Origin: an uncultured Gammaproteobacteria bacterium
GTDB lineage: Bacteria > Pseudomonadota > Gammaproteobacteria > GCA-001735895
Length of the DNA stretch: 64,000 bases
Assembly (NCBI GenBank): GCA_963835795.1
Contig: CAWIHJ010000092.1
Location: 11,364 to 75,363 of the forward strand
Direction of reading: 5' to 3'
Below the pieces are notes generated by a model that saw nothing but the letters and a program-made list of their open reading frames with translations, searched no databases and was not told where the DNA came from. A program made the translations under genes and the position numbers. Shown here piece after piece: positions 29,710 through 39,656 of this stretch (positions are counted from its first letter, which is position 1; each line of letters starts with the position of its first letter).

Positions 29710-31143
29710 GTGGCCTCACCAGCAGTTTCAGCGGTAAGCGGCGCCAGCGACGACGAGATCAACAGCGTCGCGCAACTGATCGAACGTGCGCGCGTTGCAA
29801 TACAAGCCTTTAGCGACGCCGACCAGGCGCGTGTCGACGAGGCCGTGACCGCGGTCGCCTGGTCGCTGTACAAACCGGAGAATGCGCGCCGGCTGGCCGA
29901 GCAGTCAGTCGCCGATACCGGCATCGGCAATGCCGATGACAAGGTCATCAAGAACCAGCGCAAGACCTTTGGCACGCTGCGTGACCTGATGCGCGTACGC
30001 ACCGTGGGCGTGATCGAGCCGGACAATGGCAATGGCATGGTGCGCTACGGCAAGCCGGTAGGCGTGGTCGCTGCGATCACTCCGTCCACCAATCCCGCGG
30101 CGACGCCGGTCAACAAGGCAATGATGGCGCTGAAGGGCGCCAACGCGATCGTCATCGCGCCGTCGCCGGCCGGCTGGAACAGCACCAACGCCACGGTCGA
30201 ATTGATGCGCGCAGCGCTTGCCAAGGTAGGCGCGCCCGAGGACCTGGTGCAGATTTTGCCGCACCCGGTATCGCGCAACTTGACGCGATTATTGATGGAA
30301 CAGGCCGACCTGATCGTCGCCACCGGTTCACAGAACAATGTGCGCGCCGCTTACAGCAGTGGTACCCCGGCGATCGGCGTCGGCGCGGGTAATGTGCCGG
30401 TGATCATCGACAGCAGTGCGGATCTCGACGATGCCGCGCAAAAAATTCATGCCTCGAAAACCTTCGACAACTCGACTTCCTGTTCGTCGGAGAACTCGCT
30501 GGTGATTCTCGACGATGTCTATGAAGATGCCATCGCTGCGTTGCAGCGCGCGGGTGCCTGGCGTTGCAGTGCCGACGAAAAAGCCCTGATTGCCGAAAAG
30601 TTATGGGTTGATGGCAATCTCAATCGCGATCTGATCGCCAGAGATGCGGATGTCTTCGCCGCCGGCGTGGGGCTGGCCGAGGCTGCGCAGGGCGCGCGTT
30701 TTTTCCTGGTCGAGGAAGAGTTTGATGCGCAGTCCAAATTCACCGATGAGAAACTGTCGCTGGTGCTGACGGTTTACCGCGCACGTGATTTCGACCATGC
30801 GGTCGAACTGGTCACCAATATTTTGAACGTACAGGGCAAGGGTCACTCCTGCGGTATACACACCAAAGACGAATCGCAACCGGTGCGCCTCGCCGAGGAA
30901 ATCGACGTGGTGCGCGTGCTGGTCAACCAGGCGCACACGTTCGGCAATGGCGGCAGCTTCAACAACGCGCTCAACTTCACCTTGAGCATGGGCTGTGGAA
31001 CCTGGGGTGGTAACAGCATCAGTGAAAACCTGAACTACCGGCACTTCATCAATATTACCCACCTGGTTACCGCCGGCGCCGAGGACAAGCCTTCCGAGGA
31101 AGAATTGTTCGGCGAGTATTTCGCACGTTACGGCCGGGATTGA
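29710..31143 (+). CDS. sauS: Acylating aldehyde dehydrogenase, SauS-like (sulfoacetaldehyde dehydrogenase)
   Basis: DKVIKNQRKTFGTLRDL, PSTNP, GVGAGN, catalytic NSTSCSSEN, LSMGCGTWGGNSISENLNYRHF; context with sauT, TauE and TTT. Confidence 0.78.
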   Translation: MASPAVSAVSGASDDEINSVAQLIERARVAIQAFSDADQARVDEAVTAVAWSLYKPENARRLAEQSVADTGIGNADDKVIKNQRKTFGTLRDLMRVRTVGVIEPDNGNGMVRYGKPVGVVAAITPSTNPAATPVNKAMMALKGANAIVIAPSPAGWNSTNATVELMRAALAKVGAPEDLVQILPHPVSRNLTRLLMEQADLIVATGSQNNVRAAYSSGTPAIGVGAGNVPVIIDSSADLDDAAQKIHASKTFDNSTSCSSENSLVILDDVYEDAIAALQRAGAWRCSADEKALIAEKLWVDGNLNRDLIARDADVFAAGVGLAEAAQGARFFLVEEEFDAQSKFTDEKLSLVLTVYRARDFDHAVELVTNILNVQGKGHSCGIHTKDESQPVRLAEEIDVVRVLVNQAHTFGNGGSFNNALNFTLSMGCGTWGGNSISENLNYRHFINITHLVTAGAEDKPSEEELFGEYFARYGRD

Positions 31144-32687
31144 CCATGGATACCGTGCGCGCCTGTATCGAGCAGCATGCCGCTGCATCGCCCGACCGTT
31201 GCTTCATGATCGCGCCGGAAACGGGCAAGACGCTCAGTTTCGGCGAATTGAAAACGGCCGTCGACGAAGTAGGTCAACAGCTCGATCGGCTCGGGCTGGA
31301 GCAGGGCGCCAAGGTCGCCTTTCTGCTCAATAATGGCTACTGGACGCTGCGCCTGTTCCTCGGCGTGATGGCGAACAACCGCATCATCGTGCCGCTGAAT
31401 GCCGTTGCCGGTACCGTGCAACTGGTGCACGTGCTCGGTCATTCGGATAGCGAAATCGTCTTCGTCGCACCCGAGTACCGGGAAAAGCTGGACGAAATCA
31501 TGGCGCAGGTCGATCGCCCGATTCGCGTGATCGAAACCATCGAAGGCGAGGGTCCGGTCTGGCCGGCGGAAGACAATCCGCTAACCAGCCCGCCACCACC
31601 GAGCGCACAGGATATTGCCCTGTTACTGTATACCTCCGGCTCGACCGGTTTGCCCAAGGGGGCAATGATCAGCCATCGCGCGGTGACCAACGGCGGGCGC
31701 AACGTGATGGAAGGCCATCAGCTCAAGCCCGATGACCGCGCACTTTGTGTGTTGCCGATGTACCACATCAATGGCGCCATGGTGACGGTGTCGGCACCGC
31801 TTTACAGCGGTAGCAGCGTCGTCATGCCGCGTCGCTTCAGCGCCAGCGAATTCTGGCAACTGGCGGCCGAGTATCGCTGCACCTGGAGTAGCATCGTACC
31901 CACCATCATCAAGTATTTACTCGATCGTGCAGCAAAGGAGCCTTACGAGTTTGGTCGCGATGAACGCCTTGCCGCGCTGCGCTTCATGCGCTCGGCGTCG
32001 GCCCCGCTTGCGGCGGTTACCCTCGGCCAGTGGGAGCAGGTGTTCAAGCTGCCGATGATCGAAACCCTGGGGCTCACCGAGACTGCCGGTACCGTGTCCA
32101 GCAATCCGCTGCCGCCGGCACCGCGCAAGCCGGGTTCGGTCGGCTTGCCTTACGGCAATGAAATCAATATCGTCGACAAGCAGGGTGAACCCTGCGCGCC
32201 ACAGGAGGTCGGCGAACTGGTGATTCGCGGCAGCAACCTGCTCGATTATTACTACAAGAATCCCGAGGCCACCGAATCGGCGTTTCGCGATGGCTGGTTT
32301 CTCACCGGTGATCTCGGTATGAAAGACGAAGAGGGTTATATCTTCCTCACCGGTCGCTCCAAGGAACTGATCATTCGCGGTGGTGAAAATATCGCTCCGC
32401 GCGAGATCGACGACGTGCTCTACAAGCACGAGGCCATTCTCGAAGCGGCGGCGGTCGGGGTCGACGATGAAAATTACGGTCAGGAGGTCGTCGCCTGCGT
32501 GGTCGTGCGCGATGGCTATAGCTGCAGTGAAGATGAATTGAAAGCGTTTTGCGAAGATGGCGTTGGTCAGTACAAGGCGCCCAAGATTATCTATTTTCTG
32601 GACGACTTGCCGAAGGGGCCATCGGGCAAGATTTTGCGTCTCCAGTTACCCGCCCTGATCGCTAAAATCAACGCCGCAAAATCCTGA
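31140..32687 (+). CDS. sauT: Acyl-CoA synthetase, SauT-like (sulfoacetate-CoA ligase)
   Basis: YTSGSTGLPKG, LPMYHING, GLTET, TGDLG, RGGENI, PKGPSGK; translationally coupled to sauS. Confidence 0.72.
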   Translation: MTMDTVRACIEQHAAASPDRCFMIAPETGKTLSFGELKTAVDEVGQQLDRLGLEQGAKVAFLLNNGYWTLRLFLGVMANNRIIVPLNAVAGTVQLVHVLGHSDSEIVFVAPEYREKLDEIMAQVDRPIRVIETIEGEGPVWPAEDNPLTSPPPPSAQDIALLLYTSGSTGLPKGAMISHRAVTNGGRNVMEGHQLKPDDRALCVLPMYHINGAMVTVSAPLYSGSSVVMPRRFSASEFWQLAAEYRCTWSSIVPTIIKYLLDRAAKEPYEFGRDERLAALRFMRSASAPLAAVTLGQWEQVFKLPMIETLGLTETAGTVSSNPLPPAPRKPGSVGLPYGNEINIVDKQGEPCAPQEVGELVIRGSNLLDYYYKNPEATESAFRDGWFLTGDLGMKDEEGYIFLTGRSKELIIRGGENIAPREIDDVLYKHEAILEAAAVGVDDENYGQEVVACVVVRDGYSCSEDELKAFCEDGVGQYKAPKIIYFLDDLPKGPSGKILRLQLPALIAKINAAKS

Positions 32688-32712
32688 GCGAGGCCGTCGC
32701 TTCCCGGTGTAC

Positions 32713-33366
32713 TCAGCCGGTGATGATCTTGTCCATCGGAATATCGTGCGCCTGCGGATAGATGGTGGCGATGCGCGCGCACCCGTAGCCTGTGCCAATA
32801 GCTTGCCGGCGCGGATTGGCCGCCGCCAGGCTGCGGTCGAAATAACCACCGCCAAAGCCGAGGCGATGCTGCTGTTGATCCGTGCCGAGCAAAGGTGCCA
32901 GCACCATCGGCGGATCGATCCAGTTATCTTCGGCAGGTTCGGCGATGCCCCAGCGCCCACGCCGCATTGCACAGCGCGGATGCCAGCGACTGTATTTTAG
33001 TGGTTGGTTGACGGCGCAAATGACGGGTAATGCGATGGTCAGCCCGTTGTCAGCCTGTTTAGCCATCCAGCGGCGAAGGTCGAGTTCCCCGTGCATCGGC
33101 CAGTAAGCGCCGAGCACAGTGACATCGCTGCTTTGCAACAACGCGTCGAGCTGTTCGCAAACCCGCTCAAGTTCAACCTCGCGCTGGTCGGCGTCGAGGG
33201 TCGCGCGCAGCGCCAGCAAACGTTCACGCTCGGCCTTGCGCCAGCGATTGACATCGGCCCAGCTATCGTCGCCCGGCGTAGCCAGATCACGATACAGCGG
33301 GTCGAGTTCCTGGGCGTAACAGGGGGGTGACGCATAGTTGCGAGTTTTGTTGTTGTCGTCACTCAT
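32713..33366 (-). CDS. 5-formyltetrahydrofolate cyclo-ligase
   Basis: GAYWPMHGELD, RWGIAEP, RLGFGGGYFDR, HDIPMDKIIT. Confidence 0.88.
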   Translation of the reverse strand: MSDDNNKTRNYASPPCYAQELDPLYRDLATPGDDSWADVNRWRKAERERLLALRATLDADQREVELERVCEQLDALLQSSDVTVLGAYWPMHGELDLRRWMAKQADNGLTIALPVICAVNQPLKYSRWHPRCAMRRGRWGIAEPAEDNWIDPPMVLAPLLGTDQQQHRLGFGGGYFDRSLAAANPRRQAIGTGYGCARIATIYPQAHDIPMDKIITG

Positions 33367-33398
33367 GAATCTTGTGTCATTGAAAAAAAAGCTCGCCG

Positions 33399-33749
33399 CT
33401 ACACGTCGAGCATCAACTTCAACGGCTTGCGCATGCCCGCAATCTTGCAGGCGGTCTGGCCGTAACCGGTCGGGAACAGCTGGTAAAGCATCCTGCGCGT
33501 ACCTTGCGCATCGCCCCAGCTTTCGCGCATGAAGCGCAACAGTTTTCGCGCTTCAGGCACGACCTGGGATTGCTCGTAATAGTCGCGAATGTAATCAATC
33601 ACTTGCCAGTGACGTTCGTCGAGTGCCTGCCCGCACTCCACGGCGATTGCCCGGGCGACGTCCGGCGTCCAGTCTGCCGGCTGCAATAAAAAGCCCTCGT
33701 TGTCGCGGGCCAGTATCGATAGTTCAATTTCGACTGAATCCTGATTCAT
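33399..33749 (-). CDS. TusE/DsrC-family protein lacking the terminal Cys
   Basis: EGFLLQPADW, HWQVIDYIRDYY, LYQLFP..ACKIAGMRKP, ends LKLMLDV. Confidence 0.85.
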   Translation of the reverse strand: MNQDSVEIELSILARDNEGFLLQPADWTPDVARAIAVECGQALDERHWQVIDYIRDYYEQSQVVPEARKLLRFMRESWGDAQGTRRMLYQLFPTGYGQTACKIAGMRKPLKLMLDV

Positions 33750-33848
33750 TGATCAACGATACTCAGCCATGCCTGGGTCGACAATCTCCCGAAAGGAATA
33801 GACACAACCGCTGCCAGGCGTTATGCACGGAGCGATCGAAAGGCGCAG

Positions 33849-35057
33849 CTAGTTCTTAGTCGCTGCGAGGACCTGGGCTTGCGCTACTGCGTGGACGGGT
33901 TGCTGTTTTGACTTCATGTTTTTCGCCGCGGCGGTAAACCCGCCGTTGCTGCCATCGACAAAGTGAACGTGTTCCCCCTTGTCGAGATTGAATACCAGGC
34001 AGGTCATCAGGGCTGAATCGGAGCGATGCAGTCCGTAGCGAAGTATGCCCCGTTGCGAACGGGATTCGAGCATGGCTTCGATTGCCGCGGCCTGCTCGGG
34101 CTGGCAATCGAGCAGGATGCGCAGGGTGTCGTCGAAGCGCCGGTAGTCAGTATTGTCCTGCAGCTCGCTGCGATATTGCCTACCGCGATAACCGCCGGCG
34201 CTGATGTTGAAACGGTCCAGCAGCCACTGCAACAGGCTGTTGGCATAAATGGATAAGCTGTGGTGAAAGCGATTGCGCTGCCCGATAGTGGCCTCGACTT
34301 CAGCGTGCAGGGCTCGGGGTGGCCAGCGCAGTACCAGGTTGTCATCACAGACTGGTTTGCTCGAATCGTCGCCGGCGTCGGTAATTCGCGCAATGTTGTC
34401 GATCAGGTCACGATACAGCGTCGCATTGGCCTCGTCGCTGCCGGCACACGCCTGCATCAGCAGGCTCAGCATGACGCCCTGCTGTGAAGCCAGCGGCTCC
34501 CAACGGCAGGATAGTCCGCTGAGATCGGGATTGTTGTCCTGGTAACTGTCTTCGAGCAGGTAATCCGATCCCGATTTGACCCATTGTTCGGCGAGTTCGA
34601 TGCCGCCGCCGGAAAACGTGGCAAGCTCATTACCCGGGCTCAGCCGATACCGGGCAACCCGAACACGCGGGCCTCCCTGGCGGTGAATTTCAGCGACCGC
34701 CACTACGCCCACACGCAGATCCAGGTCGAAACGTTTAGCGGCCATGACACGCACGCCGAGCAGCACCCTGGCAGCGCTGTCCACATCTGCAGCCGGCACC
34801 ATCAAGGTTGCGCCGTCACCACCGAACACGTAGGGAATGCGGCGCTTCTGGCTGATGTTGAGAACGGCATTAATACAGGCGGCGCCGATCATGTTGACAT
34901 CCTTGTAGCGGCCCTCGGCGATCGCGCGGGTCGATTCGCGGACGTCGGCGATAATGACGTGCCAATCGTCGGGTGCAAGGCGGTAGTTGCGGCTATCGGC
35001 GATGCCGGAGAAATCGTCGAATGCCGGGATGTTGGCGTAAAATTCGTGATTGCTCAT
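33849..35057 (-). CDS. DUF3095 family protein (nucleotide-cyclase-like)
   Basis: IADVRESTRAI..GRYKDVNMIG, FGGDGAT, LSCRW, TDYRRFDDTLR, HFVDGSNGG. Confidence 0.85.
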   Translation of the reverse strand: MSNHEFYANIPAFDDFSGIADSRNYRLAPDDWHVIIADVRESTRAIAEGRYKDVNMIGAACINAVLNISQKRRIPYVFGGDGATLMVPAADVDSAARVLLGVRVMAAKRFDLDLRVGVVAVAEIHRQGGPRVRVARYRLSPGNELATFSGGGIELAEQWVKSGSDYLLEDSYQDNNPDLSGLSCRWEPLASQQGVMLSLLMQACAGSDEANATLYRDLIDNIARITDAGDDSSKPVCDDNLVLRWPPRALHAEVEATIGQRNRFHHSLSIYANSLLQWLLDRFNISAGGYRGRQYRSELQDNTDYRRFDDTLRILLDCQPEQAAAIEAMLESRSQRGILRYGLHRSDSALMTCLVFNLDKGEHVHFVDGSNGGFTAAAKNMKSKQQPVHAVAQAQVLAATKN

Positions 35058-35108
35058 AGCGTGTATACGTTTTGCTCAGCGATTCCGATTATCCTGTCCG
35101 CAGTCAAT

Positions 35109-35559
35109 CTATAACGCCGAGTCGAGGTCGTATTTGCTACGCAGACTGGCCTTGACGAACAACGCCACGAAATGGCGCCCCGGGGGACGCGAGTTGAAGC
35201 AGATTAGCGTATTACGGGTGGCGGGTTCGGTGTAACGGAATTGACTGTTTTCGTACTCGAAGGTTTCCGTGGGACTGCTTTGCTGGCTGTCATCGGCCGC
35301 GGAAACGGGTTCGGGTTCAACCACGACGAAGTAGTGAAATCCGTGTTGCAAGGCAATTTCGGCACTGCGCAACAAGGTCAGGTCGATGGCTTGCGGGTCG
35401 TCACCCGTCGGCCCGGCGGCGTAGTCGACGAGGAACTGGCTGGCGCCGAGACGGGTCGCGGCGATGCGCTCCGAGTAGTTATCCGGCTGCAATGAAGTGG
35501 CGCAAGCGCCAAGCATTATCACCAGTATTGCCAGTAAAGCGGGGTAGACAAGTCTTCAT
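35109..35559 (-). CDS. Lipoprotein (CC0125/CC1285-like), 1 frameshift in a G4 run
   Basis: MKTCLP/ALLAILVIMLGAC lipobox after removing one base; LLRSAEIALQHGFHYF. Confidence 0.65.
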
Positions 35560-35676
35560 CGATAGCATGACCGTTGCGGTGGTTGGCGAGTTCACTGCTG
35601 GATTCTGACATTGACGGTTTCGCTATAGACATCCCTTTTTGGGACTTTGTAAAGTTGTTACTTTTATAGTGTGAAC

Positions 35677-35777
35677 CAGGTCGCCGTAATGCGTCCTGCC
35701 GTGGATTATCCTTTAAATCACTACTCCCTTAGTCAGGACGCAACAAATTCACCCGACCCAGCTGGTCGGGTTTTTTT
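35677..35777 (+). ncRNA. Candidate ~100-nt small RNA
   Basis: TATAGT at 35665-70, 9-bp stem 35690-98/35734-42 enclosing ACTCCCTT, plus-strand intrinsic terminator; both neighbouring genes are on the minus strand. Confidence 0.45.
35751..35777 (+). terminator. Rho-independent terminator
   Basis: ACCCGACC-CAGCT-GGTCGGGT then TTTTTT. Confidence 0.8.
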
Positions 35778-35795
35778 GTGCCTGGGTGGTCGGGA

Positions 35796-36815
35796 TTACA
35801 CCGATGGCTCGAAGCGAATGCCGTCGTAGCTGCTGTCGCCGGCCTCGCGGTGCCACAGCCGATACAGATGGCGTTTTTGCTCGGGGTCGTCGTGGTCTTC
35901 GAAGGCACTGCGGTAGTGTCCGATCTCGTGATTGTTGAGATACTGGATCTGGCCGCGCTCCAACTGCGCTTCGAACCACAGGTCCGGGGCAGCGCAGACA
36001 TCGTCGATGGCATCCAGCGCTGAAACCAGCAACGCATCCATCGGCTCACCGGCCACCTCGTAGCCCTTGCGAATCAGCGATGCGTTGGCGCGCGCGAACA
36101 TGCGACCGTTGCGCCAGCCGAAATAGGGTGCGAGGCATACCGGCGCCGCGCCCTCGTGATGTTCTTTTTGCCGGTCGAACAACACCGGCTGGTACAGTCG
36201 CGCCAGCTCTGCCGGATATTGCTCGAGCATGCGCTGGTGCACCGAGTAAAGGCTGCAGAAGCGGCTGACACCACCACTTTTCGCCGCTTGCCGGCAAAAC
36301 AGGCCGACATAGTCCGGGCGCATGCGCGCAAACGCGTTGTCGGTGTGGAAGTTCAGTTCGACCGACGTGTACGAGCCGCGCGTGCCGTAGGCATAGGCGG
36401 CGCCGGTGTCGCTGACGTGATAAATCATTTCCCCGTTCCATTTCTGCGCCACGGGGCGGCCGATGCACTGGCCCAGCAACCAGTAAATTTCCAGCAGGGT
36501 GTCGTTCGCATAAGCGTCCATCGGCATGCGCTCGAGCACCGCAAAGCCGACACCATCGTCGAGGATCTGTTTCATCCGCGCCATTAACTCGCGGCAGGCG
36601 GTCAGGGCCAGCCCGTCGATCCGGCGTTGCAATATCGGTAGCGGGTGTTGCTGCAGATACTCGGCGAGCCGATCCATTTCGTCGCGCGCCGCGGGTGTAA
36701 TCTTGACAATCCAGTCGTCGTCAGAGATGTCCTGCGCAAGCCAGCGCAGGCGGGAATTTCCGCTCGGCTGAATTTCGCCGGCTTCATTGCTGCAATCGAG
36801 ATAGGCGACGGACAT
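35796..36815 (-). CDS. TauD/TfdA family Fe(II)/2-oxoglutarate dioxygenase
   Basis: FHTD (HxD), GQIQYLNNHEIGHYR, RHLYRLW. Confidence 0.88.
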   Translation of the reverse strand: MSVAYLDCSNEAGEIQPSGNSRLRWLAQDISDDDWIVKITPAARDEMDRLAEYLQQHPLPILQRRIDGLALTACRELMARMKQILDDGVGFAVLERMPMDAYANDTLLEIYWLLGQCIGRPVAQKWNGEMIYHVSDTGAAYAYGTRGSYTSVELNFHTDNAFARMRPDYVGLFCRQAAKSGGVSRFCSLYSVHQRMLEQYPAELARLYQPVLFDRQKEHHEGAAPVCLAPYFGWRNGRMFARANASLIRKGYEVAGEPMDALLVSALDAIDDVCAAPDLWFEAQLERGQIQYLNNHEIGHYRSAFEDHDDPEQKRHLYRLWHREAGDSSYDGIRFEPSV

Positions 36816-36933
36816 AGGTTCAACCAGCCACGGTTGCGGCCGTTGGGCCTGGGTAAAGCAAATTTCTGAATCGAATCATGCGAATAACTTGATCACGTTT
36901 TGGCAGAACTTTACCGAAAACCGGGTTGCCTGG

Positions 36934-37350
36934 CTAGCCCCGGGTGATGGTGACCAGCCGATGTCCGGATTGACCGTGACCTGGTCGCCGGTCTGGATCA
37001 GCTGGGTGACGTCGCCATCGGCAAAGCGGTCGCACATCGCCATGTCGGCGAGCGCCGCGCCCTGCGCCAGGATCGGGTTGACGTTGTTGAACAGGATCGC
37101 CTTCGGTGCGATGCTACGCGATTTCATTTCGTGCAGCATCCAGGCCGAGGCGACGCCGCCCTTGGCGGTGTTGAACACCATGATCTTGTCGACGTAGCTT
37201 TGACCGGCCAGCTTGTGCTGCGGGCGTGAAAAGATGCCGCTGATGCGGTCGAGGTCGTAACGCGCGGAGAAATTATCGTCGGTCACCAGCGCTTCGCCGG
37301 TGACCGTCGGGACCGACGCCGACGTGACACTTGAGTTCGATGGTTTGCAT
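36934..37350 (-). CDS. Aconitase X small (swivel) subunit, frameshifted
   Basis: VTGEALVTDDNFS, HKLAGQSYVDKIMVF, AKGGVAS, IQTGDQVTVNP; ATG overlaps the large-subunit TAA. Confidence 0.85.
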
Positions 37351-38598
37351 TACAGGATCTCCCCGGCGATCGCCGATGCCACGCAGTTTTCCATGTTCGA
37401 CAGGGTCGGCTGATAGCCGTAACCGCCGATGATGTTGGCGAGCTTGACCGAGTTGGTCATCAGCCGTTTCCAGCCGTTGGCTTCGCCCATTTCGCGCGCG
37501 TAGCTCTGGTAGAAACACATGCCTTCGAGCACCAGCGCGCCGGAGGACTCGATGCGCTCGACCAGGCCCATGCGGCGTGCATCGGCGGCGACCACCGGGC
37601 TGGTGACGGCGAGCAGGCTGGTGTGCGGATGCAGCTTGTTGCCGATCGAGCAGTGCGGCGAGCGATTGCATTTCCAGCAGCGACAACTGCGGCGCCGAGA
37701 ACACCACCACGTCGACTTTTTCGCCCTTGCCGCCGTAGCGCGCGAAAAAGGCGTCGAGGTCGGCGGCGGTGATGGTTTCGGCGGCGAGGCTGTCGCGGAT
37801 CGCAAACGGCTTCCAGCGTCGGCGCCTCCGGGCGTGACGCCGACCACGTGAAACAGCGGCATCGAACCGAAGCTCGCCATCGCCGCACCCATGTGTTTCA
37901 TCTCGTCGGAGCCCGGCTGCGCGTCGATGCCCTCGATCACCGGCACTTCCCAGTAGGAACCCGCGCGCGCGCCGATGATGCCGCCGAGCGCGCCCCAGTC
38001 GGACAGGCATTGCGGCTCGCAGTCGACCTGAAAGCGTCGCGTCGCGCGGCGGTTGCTGGTCGAGGTGCAGGCCGTAGCGCGGCGTGCGCCCGGTCAGGCC
38101 GGCCGCCAGCGAAGACGGGCCGCCCTCGAAGTTGGAGTAGGCGCCGAGCACGCTGTTGCAGTAAATCACCACGCCGGTATCGCCGAAGGCGAGGTGCTCG
38201 CCGCGCACCGGCGGCATGATGGTCTGGTAGTTGATGCAGGTGTTGGTCATCAGGATGCCCATGGCTTCGAAGGCGTCGATGGCGCGTTGCTCCAGCGACG
38301 CCATCAGGTCGGTCTGTCGCAGGCGCTTGTAGTGACAGAAGTCGATGCCGCGCGGATCGGTGATCATCGGGATGCGCACCTGGCGCTCCTGCCGCGGGCA
38401 GGCAGCCATGGTTTCGAGGAACACGACCCCGGCTTCGCCGAGCGATTCGGTGTCGGCCATGATGTGCGCCTGGGTGACTTCGACGAAGTCCGCGGCGTCG
38501 AAAAAGCGCCCGACGCGCATCATGTGCTCGATGGCCCAGCGCCGCGGTTCACCCAGCTCGCCGTTCAGCATGGCCTGTTCTTCAGCGTTCAGTTTCAT
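37350..38598 (-). CDS. Aconitase X large (catalytic) subunit, frameshifted
   Basis: MKLNAEEQAMLNGELG, TNTCINY, GDTGVVIYCNSVLGA, GRTPRYGLH, HMGAAMASFG, GMCFY, TNSVK. Confidence 0.88.
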
Positions 38599-38602
38599 TG
38601 GT

Positions 38603-39599
38603 TTAATCCTTCTCGGAATCGGTGGATGCCATCAACGCGTCGGTGTAACGATTACCACTAACGGTGTCTTCATTGATCAGAGCGTCGAGTTCGGTGACCA
38701 CATCGCTGCCCAGCGTGATCTCGCCGGCACCGGCATTTTCGATCATCCAGTCACGGTGCTTGGTGCCAGGAATGGGCACGATGTTATCACCGCGCGCCAA
38801 CAGCCAGGCCAGCGCCAGTTGCGCCATGCTGCAGCCTTCGCGGGCGGCAATCGCGCCGAATGGAATCAGCAGTTCGGCATTGCGTTTGAAGTTTTCCGGC
38901 TCGAAGCGCGGGCGCGCGATGCTGGCGCGGATGTCATCGTCGGTGACGCAGGTGACGTCACGGCATTTGCCGGTCAGGAACTGGCGCGCCAGGGGTGAAA
39001 AAGGCACGAAGGCGATGCCGAGTTCGGCGCAGGTGGCGAGTATTTTGCGCTCCGGGGTGCGGGTCCACAGCGAGTACTCGGATTGCACCGCGGTAATCGG
39101 GTGCACCGCGTGCGCGCGGCGCAAGCTGTCGGCGCTGATTTCCGACAGGCCAATGGTTTTGATCTTGCCCTGTTCAACCAGCTGTGCGAGTGCGCCGACG
39201 CTGTCTTCGACCGGTACTTTGGGATCGATGCGGTGCAGGTAGTAGAGGTCGATCGTGTCGGTGCGCAAACGCTCGAGGCTTTCCTCGCAGGTTTGTTTGA
39301 GCACCTCGGGACGCCCGTCCATGAAAGTCTTGCCATCCGCGCTGCGGGAAAATCCGCATTTGCTGGCGAGGACGTACTCGTCGCGGCGAGCAGCGAGGTA
39401 CCTGCCGATCAAATCCTCGTTGTGTCCGTTGCCGTATAACGAGGCGGTGTCGAGGAAGTTGTAACCCTGGTCCAGCGCGGCGTTGAATAATTGCCCCGCG
39501 GCATCATCCGCAATTCGCGGGCCGTAGCCCATCGAAACATTCATACAGCCGAAAGCCGATTGCGGAAACGCTGAAAGGGCCGAGCTGTCGTTGCTGCAT
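38603..39599 (-). CDS. Aldo/keto reductase (1 frameshift near 39553)
   Basis: MQQRQLGPFSVSAIG/FGCM, DTASLYG, SKCG, DLYYLHR, GKIKTIGLSE, VQSEYSLW, PIPGTK. Confidence 0.92.
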
Positions 39600-39656
39600 G
39601 GTTGGTCCGTGGGTTGAGTGTCGGGCAATGATAACCAAAGAAGGTCGAGGTTTCGA

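Noticed and set aside
35644-35670. GacA box / Rsm-type sRNA assignment for the candidate sRNA
   Set aside because: Only a partial match to TGTAAG-N6-CTTACA, and no repeated GGA motifs in the RNA.
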